Below are positions 37,320-51,443 of a stretch of 64,000 bases of DNA, piece after piece; the first letter of the stretch is position 1, and the number at the start of each line of letters is the position of its first letter. A program made the position numbers and the translations under genes. The stretch lies in the NCBI RefSeq assembly GCF_001194135.2, contig NC_068992.1, positions 44,210,291 through 44,274,290 of the forward strand, written 5' to 3'. Source of the DNA: Octopus bimaculoides. Lineage: Eukaryota. The notes under the pieces are model-generated. The model saw nothing but the letters and a program-made list of their open reading frames with translations, made no database searches and had not been told where the DNA came from.

Positions 37320-37755
37320 TAGTTCTTATCTTATTCTTTAAGGCTTCAGCCAATTCTTGTCTCCAACTTCAGCGTTTCAAACAGCACTTGCTTCATTCAT
37401 TAACGTATCTACTAGTTCTTACCTCATTCTTTAAGGTTTCTACCAATTTTTACCTCGTTATTGAACACTTCCAGTTCTTACCTCATTATTATGTCTATTA
37501 GTACTCATTCCATTTTAAGGCGTTTACCAGCTCTTTAATGCAACTAATATTTCTTCTCCATCCTTTGAGATTTATCTCCTTTGTATACACTTTTACCTCA
37601 ATATTTAACATATTTTCCAGTTCTAAGCTCATTCGTTAAGGTGTCTTGCAGTTCTTGTTTTATTCTTTAAAGCTACTGCCAATTCTTACCTCATTCTTTA
37701 AAAACTTCTACCAGTCTTCCACTAGTTCTTAACACACTGTTTAAAACTTCTAGAT
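37320..37755. repeat. Degenerate ~30-bp minisatellite (CAGTTCTTACCTCATTCTTTAAGG-like)
   Basis: Near-identical cores at 37414-37436, 37472-37487, 37681-37700 plus diverged units. Confidence 0.75.
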
Positions 37756-37808
37756 TATTTAGTATTTTTGTTGTATTCAAATTCATTTGCTTTGTTGTAT
37801 TTTGCCAG

Positions 37809-37911
37809 AAATGTCCGACTCCAGAACCGGATTACCGAAAAGAGCAATGTGACAAGTTTAATAAACGGAGATTTGCTGGGAAAAGTTATATATGGAAATC
37901 CTTTATTGACC
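37809..37911 (+). CDS. Exon of ADAMTS-like gene: end of TSR and start of Cys-rich module
   Basis: ttgtattttgccag| acceptor, |gtaagt donor; 103 nt, phase 0 to 1; KCPTPEPDYRKEQCDKFNKRRFAGKSYIWKSFID matches the ADAMTS CP...(F/Y)RxxQC..(F/Y)N...F.G..Y.W pattern. Confidence 0.93.
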
Positions 37912-39002
37912 GTAAGTATATGAGAGAACTGTCAGAAATAGGAGGGCTATGTAAAACATATTACAGGTTATCGTCACGTCATTTTGTATTCTCAGTTCAA
38001 ATTATATCAACGTCAGTTTCGAAGCAGTTGCCCATTATTATCTTCCTTCTCTTAAATTTTCAAAGATATATTAACATCAGTAGGACAGCTGAGCTCTATG
38101 GCGGTACATACTGTGTGTATGTATTTATGTATGTATGTATGTATGTATGAATGTATGTATGTATGTGTGTATGCATGCATGCATGCATTCATGTGTGTGC
38201 ATATGTGAATGCATGAATGTGAGTGAGGTCCCTATAGGAGACTATCAGAATTCTGTCTGAAGTGGCATTTATGATGGCTTTGAAGAATTTTGTGTATCTT
38301 TTATGAGATGGGATACTGTAATATATACCTCGATATACACTCTAATTGTGTACTGATGCAGTTGAAGTAGAATAGGTCTGTTGTGTCTGCAGGAAATAAG
38401 TGCAAGACTAAAAAATGGATCGAAGATGATGAGTTGAGAGAGAGAGAAAAGTGTGAGTGAGTGCAAATGAGTCTTTGGTGCTGGTGTCCGTATGAAAGAG
38501 GCATATGATAGGGAAAGTGAACACTGCTTCAGACATTATCAGCTTTCAAGGAGGCAATGTTGAGACACAGAGTACAATTTGAATCAGCAGAGGTGGATTA
38601 GTGATGGAGTTGAGAGCAAGTTGCACCTATCCGGGTAGAATAGGTATTTAGTTGTAGTTATTTGAGGAGAAGAAGCATTAAGTTGCATTTGTCTGGCTAA
38701 AAGAAATTTTTAAATACCTTGAGTTACAAACTAGTTAAACTTTCTGTAGTAACTTATAAGAGAGAGAGACTAGCTGACACTCTGGCGACAACATGGTGAG
38801 CGAAACAATATAATATACTTTTTATATACAAAATAACTTACATAAAGTCTAGTACTTTTTTTATGCAACACAAGCTAAATATTTATATTCAATGAGATTT
38901 AATGGAATCTAAATCAATTCTTTGCTTCTTTCAAAATGTTTCCAATGTTTCTGCTCTATTTCATCGAAACTCCTTTTATTAAAGTTTCATTTTACAAACA
39001 CC

Positions 39003-39125
<123 letters not shown>

Positions 39126-39857
39126 ATAAAATGTCACTTTACACTAAAAACAAATAGTAAGCAGCGAACTCGGTGAATCGTTCATTCATAAAATTGTGTG
39201 CCTCTCAGTGTGAGTTTGTGTGTGGTCTGGAGAGTTCATTGAGCAAAATTCATGAATGAGAATATTTTTCAATGGAAGATATTTCTGTATTCAGTTCGTT
39301 GGAATGTATTTAAAAAAAAAATCTCTGAAACAAATATTTATGAGAAAAGAAATATTAATGTCAGTCAAGATTGAGTATAAATCTCTACGACTTCTAATCT
39401 TCTGTACTAGCAACCTCATTCACTTAGCTTGGTCTCATCTGCCAGATCTACTTCTATACACAGTTCATAATATTTCATCTCCAAAACTACACCCTTGGTC
39501 ATCATAAAATCGCCAGATTGGTGAAGACATTCAAAGGACACTGTCCATCTTTCTTAAAATAAAGAGGATCGGTGAGTGAAGGTAGTAGATGAAGACTTGC
39601 TCACCTAGGACAATGGATACACTGGGGCCAGGTACTCGAGCGCCCACTGTCCTGGAAGGAACTCTGGAGCACCAATCAGCGAAGATTGTCTTTCTTTTGA
39701 TTAGGGATTTAGTAAATTTTGTCTATATGGTTTGATGTGATATATCATAAGTCATACCATGTCGTATATGTTAGCACGTAGAACGGTTAATATACCAGAG
39801 GTTAGAGGTGACAAAATCTGAGCATTCTGAAATATATAATATCTGAAATACAATTAA

Positions 39858-40056
39858 TGATCGTTTCAAATCATGGCACAGAACTTGCAATATCAGGGGA
39901 AGAGGTAAGCCGATTATATCGACCTCTGTGAGCAACTGGTATTTATTTTATCGACCCCGATTTAATGAAAGGCAGCCTCGGTTTCAGCAGAATTTGAACT
40001 CAGAATGTAAAGACAGAGGAAATGCCTCTAAGCATTTTGTTCGGTGTGCTAACAAT
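39858..40056 (-). mobile_element. SINE family A copy
   Basis: Reverse complement of family A (AATTTGAACTCAGAATGTAAAGACAG; CTGGTATTTATTTTATCGACCCC). Confidence 0.8.
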
Positions 40057-40759
40057 TGAAATATATTTAATAAAAACCTTCATTTATGATAGTATGTGAG
40101 TGTGTGTGTGTGTGTGTGTCTTTAGCTGGTGTACCATTAGGGTGTCTACCGTGGCATTTTTACCTTTGAGACACAGAAGAAATGTGTCGTCAGTATTTTT
40201 CATTATATTTTAAAGTCCTTTGTTGTACAGTTAAAGAATTTACTGGATCGGACATAAAATATTGGTTTGTCGATAAAATACTTAAAATCTCATTTAGCCA
40301 AGTGAATTCTATTTTTTCTTCTTTCTCTTTTTTTTCTTTATTTTTTAATCTCAGTCAGTACAACAGGAAATTCGAAATACACTTAAAAGATCAGAGCCTG
40401 TGAAGTTTTATTAGTTTTCTCTGCCAAACCACGTAGAGACAGAAAACAGCAAACAGTATGAAAGAGCTGAGGTTACGATTGGCTTTATATCTATAATCTA
40501 AAGTTACCGTCAGTTGTGAGTTAAATACAATTGATGTGGCTACTGTGAACACTACGTTGGTAGTTGAACCTGTTTAGAGGAGAAGTTTTAATTAAATTTA
40601 TGGTTTCATATGTCTTAAAATATTTGTACTTTGTCAAGAAAATGATTTGACCGTGAGAAATTTGACATTGAGTATTATTTTAGTGCATGTCATACTTAAG
40701 TCAATGTCTCTCTTTGTATTGGTGCCGAAAAAAGTATGGCATTTGATATTTGATTTGGA

Positions 40760-40886
40760 CAACTTTTGTACGAGTCCATACCTCGTAGAATTCAAGGTGT
40801 AATTACTGCCAAAGGCGGTCCTACCCCATATTAAAATAAATTTGTTTGACATTTTAAGGTGTTTCCATTATTTTGTCCAACCCCTG
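40760..40886 (+). mobile_element. Tc1-like transposon 3' end
   Basis: QLLYESIPRRIQGVITAKGGPTPY* (stop 40832-34) followed by TIR-like GTTTCCATTATTTTGTCCAACCCCTG|TA. Confidence 0.85.
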
Positions 40887-41658
40887 TATGTTGTTAATTA
40901 GAAGTATACCAAGAAGTGATTATTGCAGTATAGATGTGTATTATTATGCTAAATGCGCTTGGGAATATCCAAATGTAGAAAGACCTTTATTGCTAAAACT
41001 GTCTCCGGAGACAAATTCTCCTTAGAGAATGTGCAAAAAAACACACCACTGGGCCGTAAATGATATAGTAGTTCCATATTCTACATACAGAGAGTGAAGT
41101 GTATTTCTTTAGGTCTGTCATTTTTTTTCTGTCAGTATCAAACAGCCATGATTACCTTTCAATAAATGCATCTGGAACTATTGTTGCCCATAAAAAATTC
41201 TTTTTGTTGTGGTTTTTTGTTACTCATTTATATCACGAAAATTTATAGTAATTTAATTCAAATTCCAAATTTAATTTAATTTGAATAAGTGACATCATTG
41301 GATAAGGAAGTAGGACATAGGAAATGTTCAGTTTGCTATTTCTGCTATCGTTTGCAGCATGCACTTGAATATCTTTCGTACTTTGTTTCTGGGTGATTGC
41401 TTGTACTTAAATGAATTCAGCTTAACCACCTTATTCCTCATTATAATTCCTACATTATATGGCAGTAAAGTTAATATGGAAATAGTATTCTAGAAATGCC
41501 AGTGAATATGCTGAATCCTGTCAAATGGATTTTTTGGTTGCTGACATCTTCAGCAGGTTTTATAATAAAAGTAAAATATTTTAAGTGGATAATAACAAAC
41601 AATTTATTTGTATATAGTGAAACGTCTTTCTCTAATTTTTCTATTCCTGTTTTTATAG

Positions 41659-41789
41659 CTCGAGATAGGTGCACAATTTCTTGTCGACCAGTTGGATTCA
41701 GTTTTTATGCCCGAATTGTAAGTGGTGTTCCCGATGGAAGCATCTGTTACCCAACATCAGATCATATTTGTGTAAATGGTCTCTGCAAG
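41659..41789 (+). CDS. Exon of ADAMTS-like gene: Cys-rich module
   Basis: ttcctgtttttatag| acceptor, AG|gtaaga donor; 131 nt, phase 1 to 0; (P)RDRCTISCRPVGFSFYARIVSGVPDGSICYPTSDHICVNGLCK matches the ADAMTS C.L.C...G..F.......V.DG..C......ICV.G.C pattern. Confidence 0.94.
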
Positions 41790-43423
41790 GTAAGAACTAA
41801 TTCACATTTAAAAATCTATCTTATTGTACAGAACAATTGCAGTTACAAACTTTATCTTAACAAAAAGCTTTCTCTTTCATGAAGTTTTGCATAATGGAAG
41901 TAACATAGAGGCAGGTGTGTTTGACCAGTCGTGCGTGTCAAATGACAAAGCCAATTCTTTGAGATGTTCGTTCCTTTTGTTGTTTATTCCTAACTTAATC
42001 CAATTGCAATAACATTAACCATCATCTATCCAAATATACCTATGTCAATGAATATATCATCTAATGTATCCATCTGTTTCTAGTGGGTGATCAAGTGTGT
42101 TTAGATTGCCTCAAAATTGTCGTTCTTTTTCTACTGGTCTACTTTTTAAATGTCAGCTGGTCACCTAAACATAAAATATATAGCAATATTTCTATCTGAT
42201 CCCCACCACTGCTTCCCAATAAGCTTGGTTTGATTACTCTACCGTAACTTAGTGGTTTGGCAAAGAGTAACCGAACGCATAAGTACCAGATTTAGAAAAT
42301 ACAAATAAGTACAGGGGTCGATTCGTTCGACTAAAATTCTTCAAAACGTTGCCCCAGTATCACACACACATACACATTCGCGTTTATGTATTTGTTTTGC
42401 AAGATTCCTGATGTGAGTAGCTGAAGTGGTCACAGGTGTGTAACGAAAGATTTCCAGACAATGGACATAAAATAACAACAATAATAAACAAGTGAAGAAC
42501 GAATATATAGTGTGTGTGTTTATTTAGCAAGAAACCATAAATGACCAGCCCGAAATATAGCAAGATTGAGTTAATGATTTATTGAAAATTACAACCAGAA
42601 TTTTGGTAAGAATATCCTTTCAGATGTAATATCTCTCCCAACATCAATAAGGCCAGACATCAACATCCTGTTATAGGTTCTCATAATCTAGAATTGATTC
42701 CTGCAAGAATTATTTCAATGAAGATTGGCAGACTGCCCAGTTTTATATAATCTGATAATTTTAGCATTTTGGATCAACAGCAAGGTGTGTCTTTAGATAA
42801 CCATTCCTTTATGGTATTGCATTCTATTTAAAGACTCTTATCTTCTGTCTCATTTGAAAGAACTGTACTCTCCCCCCCCCACTCTCTCTTTCTCTCTCTC
42901 TCTCTCTTTCTCTCTTTCTCTGAGTATTTGGTTTCTGTGTACGTGTGTGTCACAGATTATATCACTTTATGCTCAGGTTAAAGCAGTTATTACAGTTCCT
43001 GTTGATATCTCCAGTCTGCAATGTTTAACATTCCATATATTTGGCAACATTTCTGGAGCACTCATCTTACCTTCATTCTTGTGACACTAATTATTCTTTT
43101 ACCTGAATAAAGTAGACAGTATTTTTAATGTTCACTGTATTTTCCATATTCAATTCAAACAACTTCATTTTCAAATATTGGCCTCATTATATTTCACATT
43201 TAATTATGATAAATATCTTCATAAGCTACACTTAATAGTTGTTCTTAGCTCTAGCATTAGTAATATTAAGACGATACTATGTAAATCTAGTTACAACACT
43301 GGATTTTACATGCAACATTCTCAGAAAGTTTGGTTCTAATCTGTAATCATATCCCTCAGGCATAGGAAATTATAGCAATCCCAGACGACAAAATTACATG
43401 TAACATAAATAATCAACTAATAT

Positions 43424-43780
43424 ATATTTATTTTAATTTTCAATATTTATTATATTGTGAGAAAAAACAAAAGGAAATATTTATACCTGAGATGATTGAT
43501 TTAATTTGACACAACTGAATAAGTATGACTATTCATGTATATGACATGAGTAATGAATAAAACATGACTAATCAGTAAAATTTATTTATTTTAATTTTCA
43601 ATGTTTATTATATTGTGAGGAAAATGGAAAGACTTATACCTGAGGTGATTGATTTAATTTGACATGACTGTTCATGTATAAAACATGAGTAATGAATAAA
43701 ACATGACTAATCAATAAAATGTAACAAATGAATAAAATATGACTAATTTATAAAATGACTAATGGTAAAGCATGACTAAG
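43424..43780. repeat. ~150-bp tandem duplication followed by ATGACTAA short repeats
   Basis: TTTATTTTAATTTTCAAT.TTTATTATATTGTGAG...TTATACCTGAG.TGATTGATTTAATTTGACA...CATGAGTAATGAATAAAACATGACTAATCA occurs twice. Confidence 0.9.
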
Positions 43781-43794
43781 CTATAAAATATCAT

Positions 43795-44287
43795 CATCGT
43801 CGTTTAACGTTTGCTTTCCATGCTAGCATGGGTTGGACGATTTGACTGAGGACTGGTGGACCAGGTGGCTACACCAGGCTCCAATCTGATTTGGCAGAGT
43901 TTCTACAGCTGGATGCCCTTCTTAATGCCAACCACTCCGTGAGTGTAGTGGGTGCTTTTACGTGCCACCGGCATGAAGGCCAGTCAGGCGGTACTGGCAA
44001 CGGCCACGCTCGAAATGGTGTATTTTACGTGCCACCTGCACAGGAGCCAGTCCATCGGCACTGGCAGAATAAAATATGAGCCTTTTGTTACGGAGCATCA
44101 ACTAAACCATACATATTTTATTAAATCAGACCATGGGCTGATAAGGGACTTCAATATGACCACACATGGAAATTGGTAGAGGTTGATGACAGGAAAAGCA
44201 CTTGGACATAGAAACTCTGCTTCAGCATTCTCCTGTTTGACTCATACAAGCATAGTAAAATGGACATTAAAATGATGATGATGATGC
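43795..44287. mobile_element. Two oppositely oriented copies of an RTE-tailed short retroposon
   Basis: CATCATCGTCGTTTAACG...GGATGCCCTTCTTAATGCCAACC (minus) and a diverged plus copy ending GGACATTAAAATGATGATGATGATG. Confidence 0.65.
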
Positions 44288-44879
44288 TTAGTTAGGTCAG
44301 AATTGGGTAATGGCAAAACCATAACAACAGCAACATATATACAAATATTTCCATTAAAAATAAAATGGACAATTAAATGACTTCAAAGGTTTGTAATGCA
44401 TAGTAACAAAGTAAAATAGGTTTTTGACTTGTTACTTGGCTTTAAAATATTTCAAGAATTAGATAGAAAAGAATTGGTTTTCTTGTGAAAACAAACAGTA
44501 GATGCAAAGATAGTAAAACAGCATTAATGCCATTACTTCATACTGTTTATTTGGAGTTTATAAAGCAATATATTCAATGAAAAGAAACAGTAATCTCAGA
44601 AAACATTTTGTGAAATTATTTTCCTCCAGTATTCCTTCCTCAAGTGGCAGCTAAAACTGGAAGGAAATTTAAACATGCAAAAAGATCTACTATTTCCTGA
44701 GTTCTTATAGAAAATCACACCCTTCCTGTCTTTTATTTGTTCTTTAATATTTTATATTTTAACTGAAGAAAACGTTATTTGTCAATTGCTGTTAAGTATT
44801 CACTGAGTGTAAATACACGTGTTAATTAAAAATTAAGGAACATTATTAAAAAAATTCATTGATTAACTAATAATAATAA

Positions 44880-45026
44880 TAATCGTCTCTTCTATAGGCA
44901 TGAGGTCTAAAATTTTGAGGGTGGGAGTTGATTACATTAATGCCAGTTCTCAACAGGTTTTTATTTGAACAAACTTGAAAGAAAGGATGAAATGATTAGT
45001 CAACCTTGGTAGCATTTGAACTCAGT
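44880..45026 (-). mobile_element. Degenerate SINE family A copy
   Basis: GAAAGGATGAAA...CATTTGAACTCAG reverse-complement match. Confidence 0.55.
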
Positions 45027-45486
45027 GCTGCTGGTGGTGGTGGTGGTGGTGGTGGTGGTGGTTTCTTTTGAGTAGAAAGATCAATTTCTACAATGAAAGA
45101 AAGTGAGTGAATTCACTGTATTAATTATGACAAATTAGGCAGTCGAGTCATGTGACATGTTAGCATAGCATGTGACTGTACTCTAATGGAACACTCAACA
45201 TCTGAGGAGTCAGAAAATAGGTAATATGTCAAGTATTGTTGAATTCATTTGAAATCACTTTTGTACAATTATTTCCTTGTCTTTTGACTTCCTTCATTGA
45301 ACAACAATGTTACACACCTTTGTCAAGTGGACGTTTCACAACTTCCTATTCAACTGTCCAGGAAATAAATGGAATTCCAACAGTGGACTTGTTTTGTTAT
45401 TAACAATGGGGAGTGTATTTTATTAAGAGACTTAATAAACAAATATCCAAGACTCTTAACAGTTGTTTGACTTACTCCAGTTTCTG

Positions 45487-45492
45487 ATAGAT

Positions 45493-45531
<39 letters not shown>

Positions 45532-45608
45532 TAGACATACAGACAAATAGATAGACACAGAAATAGATAGATATAGATAGACTGATGGATAGATAGAGAG
45601 ATAGACAC

Positions 45609-45695
<87 letters not shown>
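45487..45695. repeat. (GACA)n/(GATA)n tetranucleotide array
   Basis: Direct inspection; a similar (GATA)n array lies at ~35705-35805. Confidence 0.97.
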
Positions 45696-45696
<1 letters not shown>

Positions 45697-46749
45697 GATT
45701 ATCACAGCATGTTTATTGGTGTTTTCATGGGTGTGTAAGTATATGTTTGTGAATGTGTGTGTAACGGCATATCTATTTTCTCAAATGCATATTTCTATTC
45801 CCCTCTTACTGTTGTGTTCAACCTCTACAGCCGGGCCAGTGAACCATATAAAAGACATGCCTTGTGGACAGAAACATGTATAATAATAAAAAAGAGGAGA
45901 AGATTCATATAGTTTTCAAGTGGCTATAATTAAGATGGCAACATATTCTCTGATCCATCTAGCACCCTCCACTTGGGCTGCATACCAACACTTTGGGAGT
46001 ATGCCGCCAGTATCTCAAGAGTAAATAGTACAGGTGTCAACAGAAAGTGTGTGTCTAGCAAGAGTATTAATAAAGGACAAGACTTCGTTAATCAGTTCAT
46101 AATATTAACTGAACTAATCTTTACCTAATCTACAGAAGGCAAGACCTTCTACTGTGACAATGTGAATTTCTATGAAACATAACCTGCCCATTTCCACAAC
46201 AAGCCAACCAACTGGCTTACTTAATCTAGCTTTAATATAAGTAGCTGGAAAACTGGTTTTTATCTCTATCTCTAACAAATAAAGAGCACTATAAAAGGAA
46301 CAGACCAGATTGTAATAGGGGCAAAGTTTGAGTGTTTGAAGTGCAATGATCATGTCTGTGACAACAATAGAATATTGAGTTTATACAAGTAATGCGATCT
46401 AAATGACAATTCCTTGGTTAAAATGCAACAAAACTGCAATGTTCTTTTACAATAAGAACATAATGTATTCTGTTTTATGACGTTCTAGTTCAAGATCTAA
46501 CTTGATTTACAGGAACTAGCATTGAGATTCTATTGTTTTGTGACATATTTCTTTTGATATTAGTGGTACTAATATATAGTTAGCAGTGGGGGTGTAGGCC
46601 AAGAGCCAAATAGATACTATAGGAGATAGGCAAATAGGGGGATATGGTGCTATAGACAGACTGGGAGAGGCATAGAAAGATAGAGAGAGGGGGAAAGATA
46701 CTGAGAAAGATATAAAGAAACACAGGGTGAGGGTGGGAGAGGATATGAC

Positions 46750-46799
<50 letters not shown>

Positions 46800-48573
46800 G
46801 GGCAGAGAGAGTTAAGCAGAAATACGGGGAGAAAGACAAACATCAATTGGGGGCAGATAGGGAGAGAGAGAATGATAGATAAAGGAACACAGAGTGACAG
46901 ACGCGGTGAGAGAGACAAAAAGAAATATGGAGAAAGAGAATCATAGACATTGTGTGAGAGAGATGAGGATACAGACTTCATGGACAGACAGACAGACATG
47001 AAGAGAGGTTGGGGGAGTTAAATGTAGAAGTGCCCGATAACTATTCTTGGATTGAGTGGTGAAGTTGTTTTCTCATAACTCATCCAACCATAATCCATGC
47101 CTCATCAATCTCACAGTTATGTAATAACATGAGATTAGTTACCCGATAGTAAGAATTCAAATGAAGTAGCCCCGAAAAGGGTTTTAATGCGTTCCCAGAG
47201 TATACAGAACATAGGAGGCAATACTAATAAGGTATGCATACTAAAATCTTGAAGCATGTTACGTAATAACAGACTAATCAGATATGAGGTAATAACGATT
47301 CAAAGTAAATAACTCTGAAAAGGGCTTTTGTGCGTTCCCAGAGAATATTACCCTCAGGGGCGCTAGTGTTAGTACGTTCGTGACTAAGTCACTAACCTCT
47401 ATTTCCAATAATATTGAGTTCTACTACTTTCGTTCCTACACACCTGGTTTGTCCACCCACCCACCCCCACACACACACACATACACACACACTACGTATG
47501 TATGTACACACATGTATTTATGTATGAGCCTAAAATATTTGTTCTCAAGAGACTATAAAATTGAAAGAGAAAACTGAATGCTCAATAATTTGTTTTTATA
47601 AATCTTTCTTACCCGAAAGTTTATTGTTATTTGCTAAAAGCTGATGTGCACCAAATCTTGTACATATGGTAGCTATTACAGAATCCCATCAACAGACGAT
47701 ATCACTATTTTTAAATATTGTCCCCTGAAAATGTTGCATATTTTGAACCAAAATAGAATCAAGTTCAACTGAAATATAACAGAAGACACAACAAATCTTT
47801 ACACAGAGTGCATTATTCTGCTTAACAGTGTGAAGCTGACATATAGCGGGATTTTAGTTTCATCGAATGCTTATCACATTACATGATTTTATTGCAACAA
47901 GTGGGTGAGTTGGAACTTGGCTCAGTGCAGGGGTACCAGTTGGCAGGCTGGTATTTTGTGTTACATTAATTGCACTGCACTGTGAGAGTAACAATGCTTC
48001 AGTCCATCTAGCTGTATATGAACAGATTAATCTAGCATGTTTGTACAGTAGCTGTGGAAATTAGTGCTGTAAATAGTTACTGTAGATATAGATATTAATA
48101 CGGTATAGTAGATATAAACAGTGTAGTATATAAGGTACTATGGATAAAAACATTTGTGCAGTATATATGTACTGTCGATGTAGCATTAGTGTGGTTACTG
48201 TAGATGTTATACGTTAGTGATATTGATACAGTAGATGTGCACTTCTCTGTAGTGCATAGGTATTGTAGATGAAGACATTGATGTTATATAAGTATAAACA
48301 ATAATATAGTATATACTCACTGTAGATGTACACAGTGGGTATATTAAATACTGTAGTTGTAGGCATTAATGTAGTACATACATACAGTAGATGTACACAG
48401 TGTAATTAATAATTATATTTATATATTCTCTTTTTTTTCCTATTACTTATTCCAGTCATTTGACTGTAGCCATGCTGGAGCATTGCCTTAAAGGGTTTAG
48501 TCGAAGAAATTGACCCTAGGGTTTATTCCTTGTAAGCCTAGTACTTATAAACACACCAGCATCGGTTGTCAAG

Positions 48574-49020
48574 AAATTGCTCCACCATGTCATCTTGCAA
48601 TGATTGTAAATAGTTGCTATATGTAGTCAAATCCTCATCAACCAATTCCTCTTTCAAAGAAACAAGTTGTGGAAATTGATGGAACTGACGTTTTGAAATG
48701 TTAGTCTTATACAGCACCAATTTCGAAATGAAGGTATGATAAATGATTTACAATCAACGAGGGTTTTTCTGTTTCCTTGAAATAACTTATTTAAAACATT
48801 TAATTTTGGGAATATATCACAAAGAAAGATGATATAGCACCTTGCAGCCATCAATGAGGCAGATAGTGGCATACCTAGATATAAGTAAATGCAGACTTAA
48901 TTTCTAAAAATTCTTTGTCACCCTCAAAACGTTCACATCGCCCACCAAAATCTCAAATCACCCACCATCATTCGCCCATCGCCCACCGGTGGGCGATATC
49001 ACCCACTTTGGAAATCTATA
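48574..49020 (-). mobile_element. hAT (Charlie/Buster-like) transposon relic
   Basis: Minus-strand IIFLCDIFPKLNVLNKLFQGNRKTLVDCKS and LYKTNISKRQFHQFPQLVSLKEELVDEDLTTYSNYLQSLQDDMVEQF; terminus TTTCCAAAGTGGGTGATATCGCCCACCGGTGGGCGAT with repeated CGCCCA subterminal motifs. Confidence 0.8.
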
Positions 49021-51443
49021 ATGTAAATTATAGCTATGATGTAAATGATATGCTGCCTTATGTTAAGTGAGATGTCACCATTCAATGAAGTAGTGAAGTA
49101 ATTAGGCTATGACTACAGCCTTGATGGATTGAGAGCTGATGTCTTAACTATTTGGTTTAAGTTCTTAGTCCAGACACATCACTCTACTTGTCTCATGATG
49201 AAATTGTTGAAATAATTAAGATTACAAACTCGCGATAAACCGTTTTACTTTTAGATGCCATACAGATTTGTAAATTTACAAAGTCATCCCCACCTTTGTT
49301 AAGCAAACAAATGTTAAAAAAAGTATAAAAACCTTCAATAATTTTTTTCATTTAAGAATTCAATTATTTTAAATCATTAATTAAAATTTAGTAATCAAAC
49401 CTATGTTCCTCTCTTCTACCTAAATAGACACTACACCGTAGACGGTCTTTGATGAGTTCAACAATTGTCTTTCTTGCATCACATCAGCCCTTGATAAACC
49501 TATTTATTACCAGACTGAATTACACTAATACCATGTCGACATTGTTAAAGGAGTCAATGGTTTACACATCATTATCATTATCATCGTCGTCTTCACCCCA
49601 CTTCTTCTCCTTATTATTACCACCACCACTAACAACAACAACATACTGAGAATAACTCCCAGTAAACCATTTCGTATTTGAATTAAATTTGTTTTAAAAG
49701 GGAAACTTCAGTTGTTTTGATAGTCTTTCTTTATTCATTATATATATATTTTTTTTGATGCTGTAGTTGTTCTCGTTTTTGCTCTTGTTATTGTCGTCAT
49801 TAAATGTTCGTGTTTCCGTTCTATTATTAAACAGCGGGTTATCTTTTTGTTCTCGATTCATTGTTGCTGGGTAAATGTGTTTTAAGGAGTTGCTATAATT
49901 CTGCCAGCTAACCTTGCCTCGGGTCTTTTGAGTCAGTTGTGCTATGAGCAGACATCGACGACACGCATATGCAACAATGTGTTGCTTTTGCTGCAGCTTA
50001 TAATGCCACATTCCATTTATCAGCGGCATAATATAAAACAGCAGGTGGTAGACCAATCTTCACACAATTCAACCCTTTATCTAAAAACCAGCATACGGCT
50101 CCTTCCAGTAGCATTTTAAAGACTTAATTGAAAACATTTTACAACTATCTCGGCAAACGATAAAATGAAAACACACACATGCACGTTTCAAAGTTTATAT
50201 TTGTGAAGATATATTTGTGAATATATTTTAGTATTTTCTTTTAACTGGCAATGCCATGTTTATCAGTTTAAACAGCAGAGTTTAACATTTCACATAGGAT
50301 AATAAAGAGCAGTGAGTAGAGGAGGGGTTACCGAGATGTTTTTCTACATAAAGAAGTGATTAGGAATCTCTAAGCATATGTTTACTGAGTCAATATTCCA
50401 CTGAAAGCCCCTGCTTCTCTTTTTTTTCATTATCCCACAATAAATGGACACCTAGGGATTTGTTGGAAACATTACAAGTCGTCTGTCGAAATCATTTAAT
50501 CTTCAGTAAAGAAAGTAGAAAGAATTCTTGTATCAATTTGTCTTCGTTTGAGTGACCGTAGTTTGGCGCACTAAATCTGGAATAAACTCTGTTGTAAGAA
50601 ATACTCGGCTAAAAATAACATCCTTGATGACTTGGCACGGAATTTTGGCTTTCCAGAGATCTTCATCAGTTTGCTGTTTGTTACCAGTTTACGGTGGCAA
50701 ATTCCAAGCTCTTGCGAACTATGCAAAATAAACACCTCCTTGTCATATGAAAGAGTAGAACGCATTAGCAGAGGTGGAGAAAGAAGTAATCTGTACCTTA
50801 ATTCTTCGAGTTTAATATTTAGAATATAAATATTGTTTGTGGAACCTGCACTTTGGTGCACTGTTACAATGCCACAAGTGACACGGATGGAAGCGTAAAA
50901 AGGTATAACCTAATGTATTTGGCGATTCTGGTATTTGTTATTGTGAGCCTCAGTTCACTATATATAAATAACTTCACAGTTTCGAATCCTCGTCGAGAAC
51001 TTCACTTCACCTATTGCAAAGTCACTTTATGTGGGATTTTTGGAAAATGAAGCAAATTGCATTCCGATTATAATCTTTCAGTTTCGGGTTTAATAAAGAA
51101 GTTGGAAATAGAAAATAATATTTTACACACTTACACATACATGCACACATACAGACAAACATACAAGCACATATACACAAGGTGGAAATCATATCTAATG
51201 ATTCTTTTATCTTTAATGCTTCAGTCACTGGACTGCAATCATGCTGGGACACAGCCTTGACGGATTTAGTCGAATAAATCAATTCCAGTACTTGTTTGTT
51301 TTTATTTTTTAAGCCTGGTACTTAAATTATCGGTCTCTTTTGCCAAAGTGCTAGCTTACGGGGACGTAAAAAAAAAAAGCAACACTCGTTGTCAAACGAA
51401 TAAACACTAACAGGAAGACTATATATACCCTACACACACATCC

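Noticed and set aside
47850-47970. GTGAGT donor-like site and short hairpins (GTACCAGTT/GGCTGGTAT; CAGTGCAG/CTGCACTG) considered as an exon or pre-miRNA
   Set aside because: No ADAMTS-like reading frame; stems are short and separated by a large asymmetric bulge
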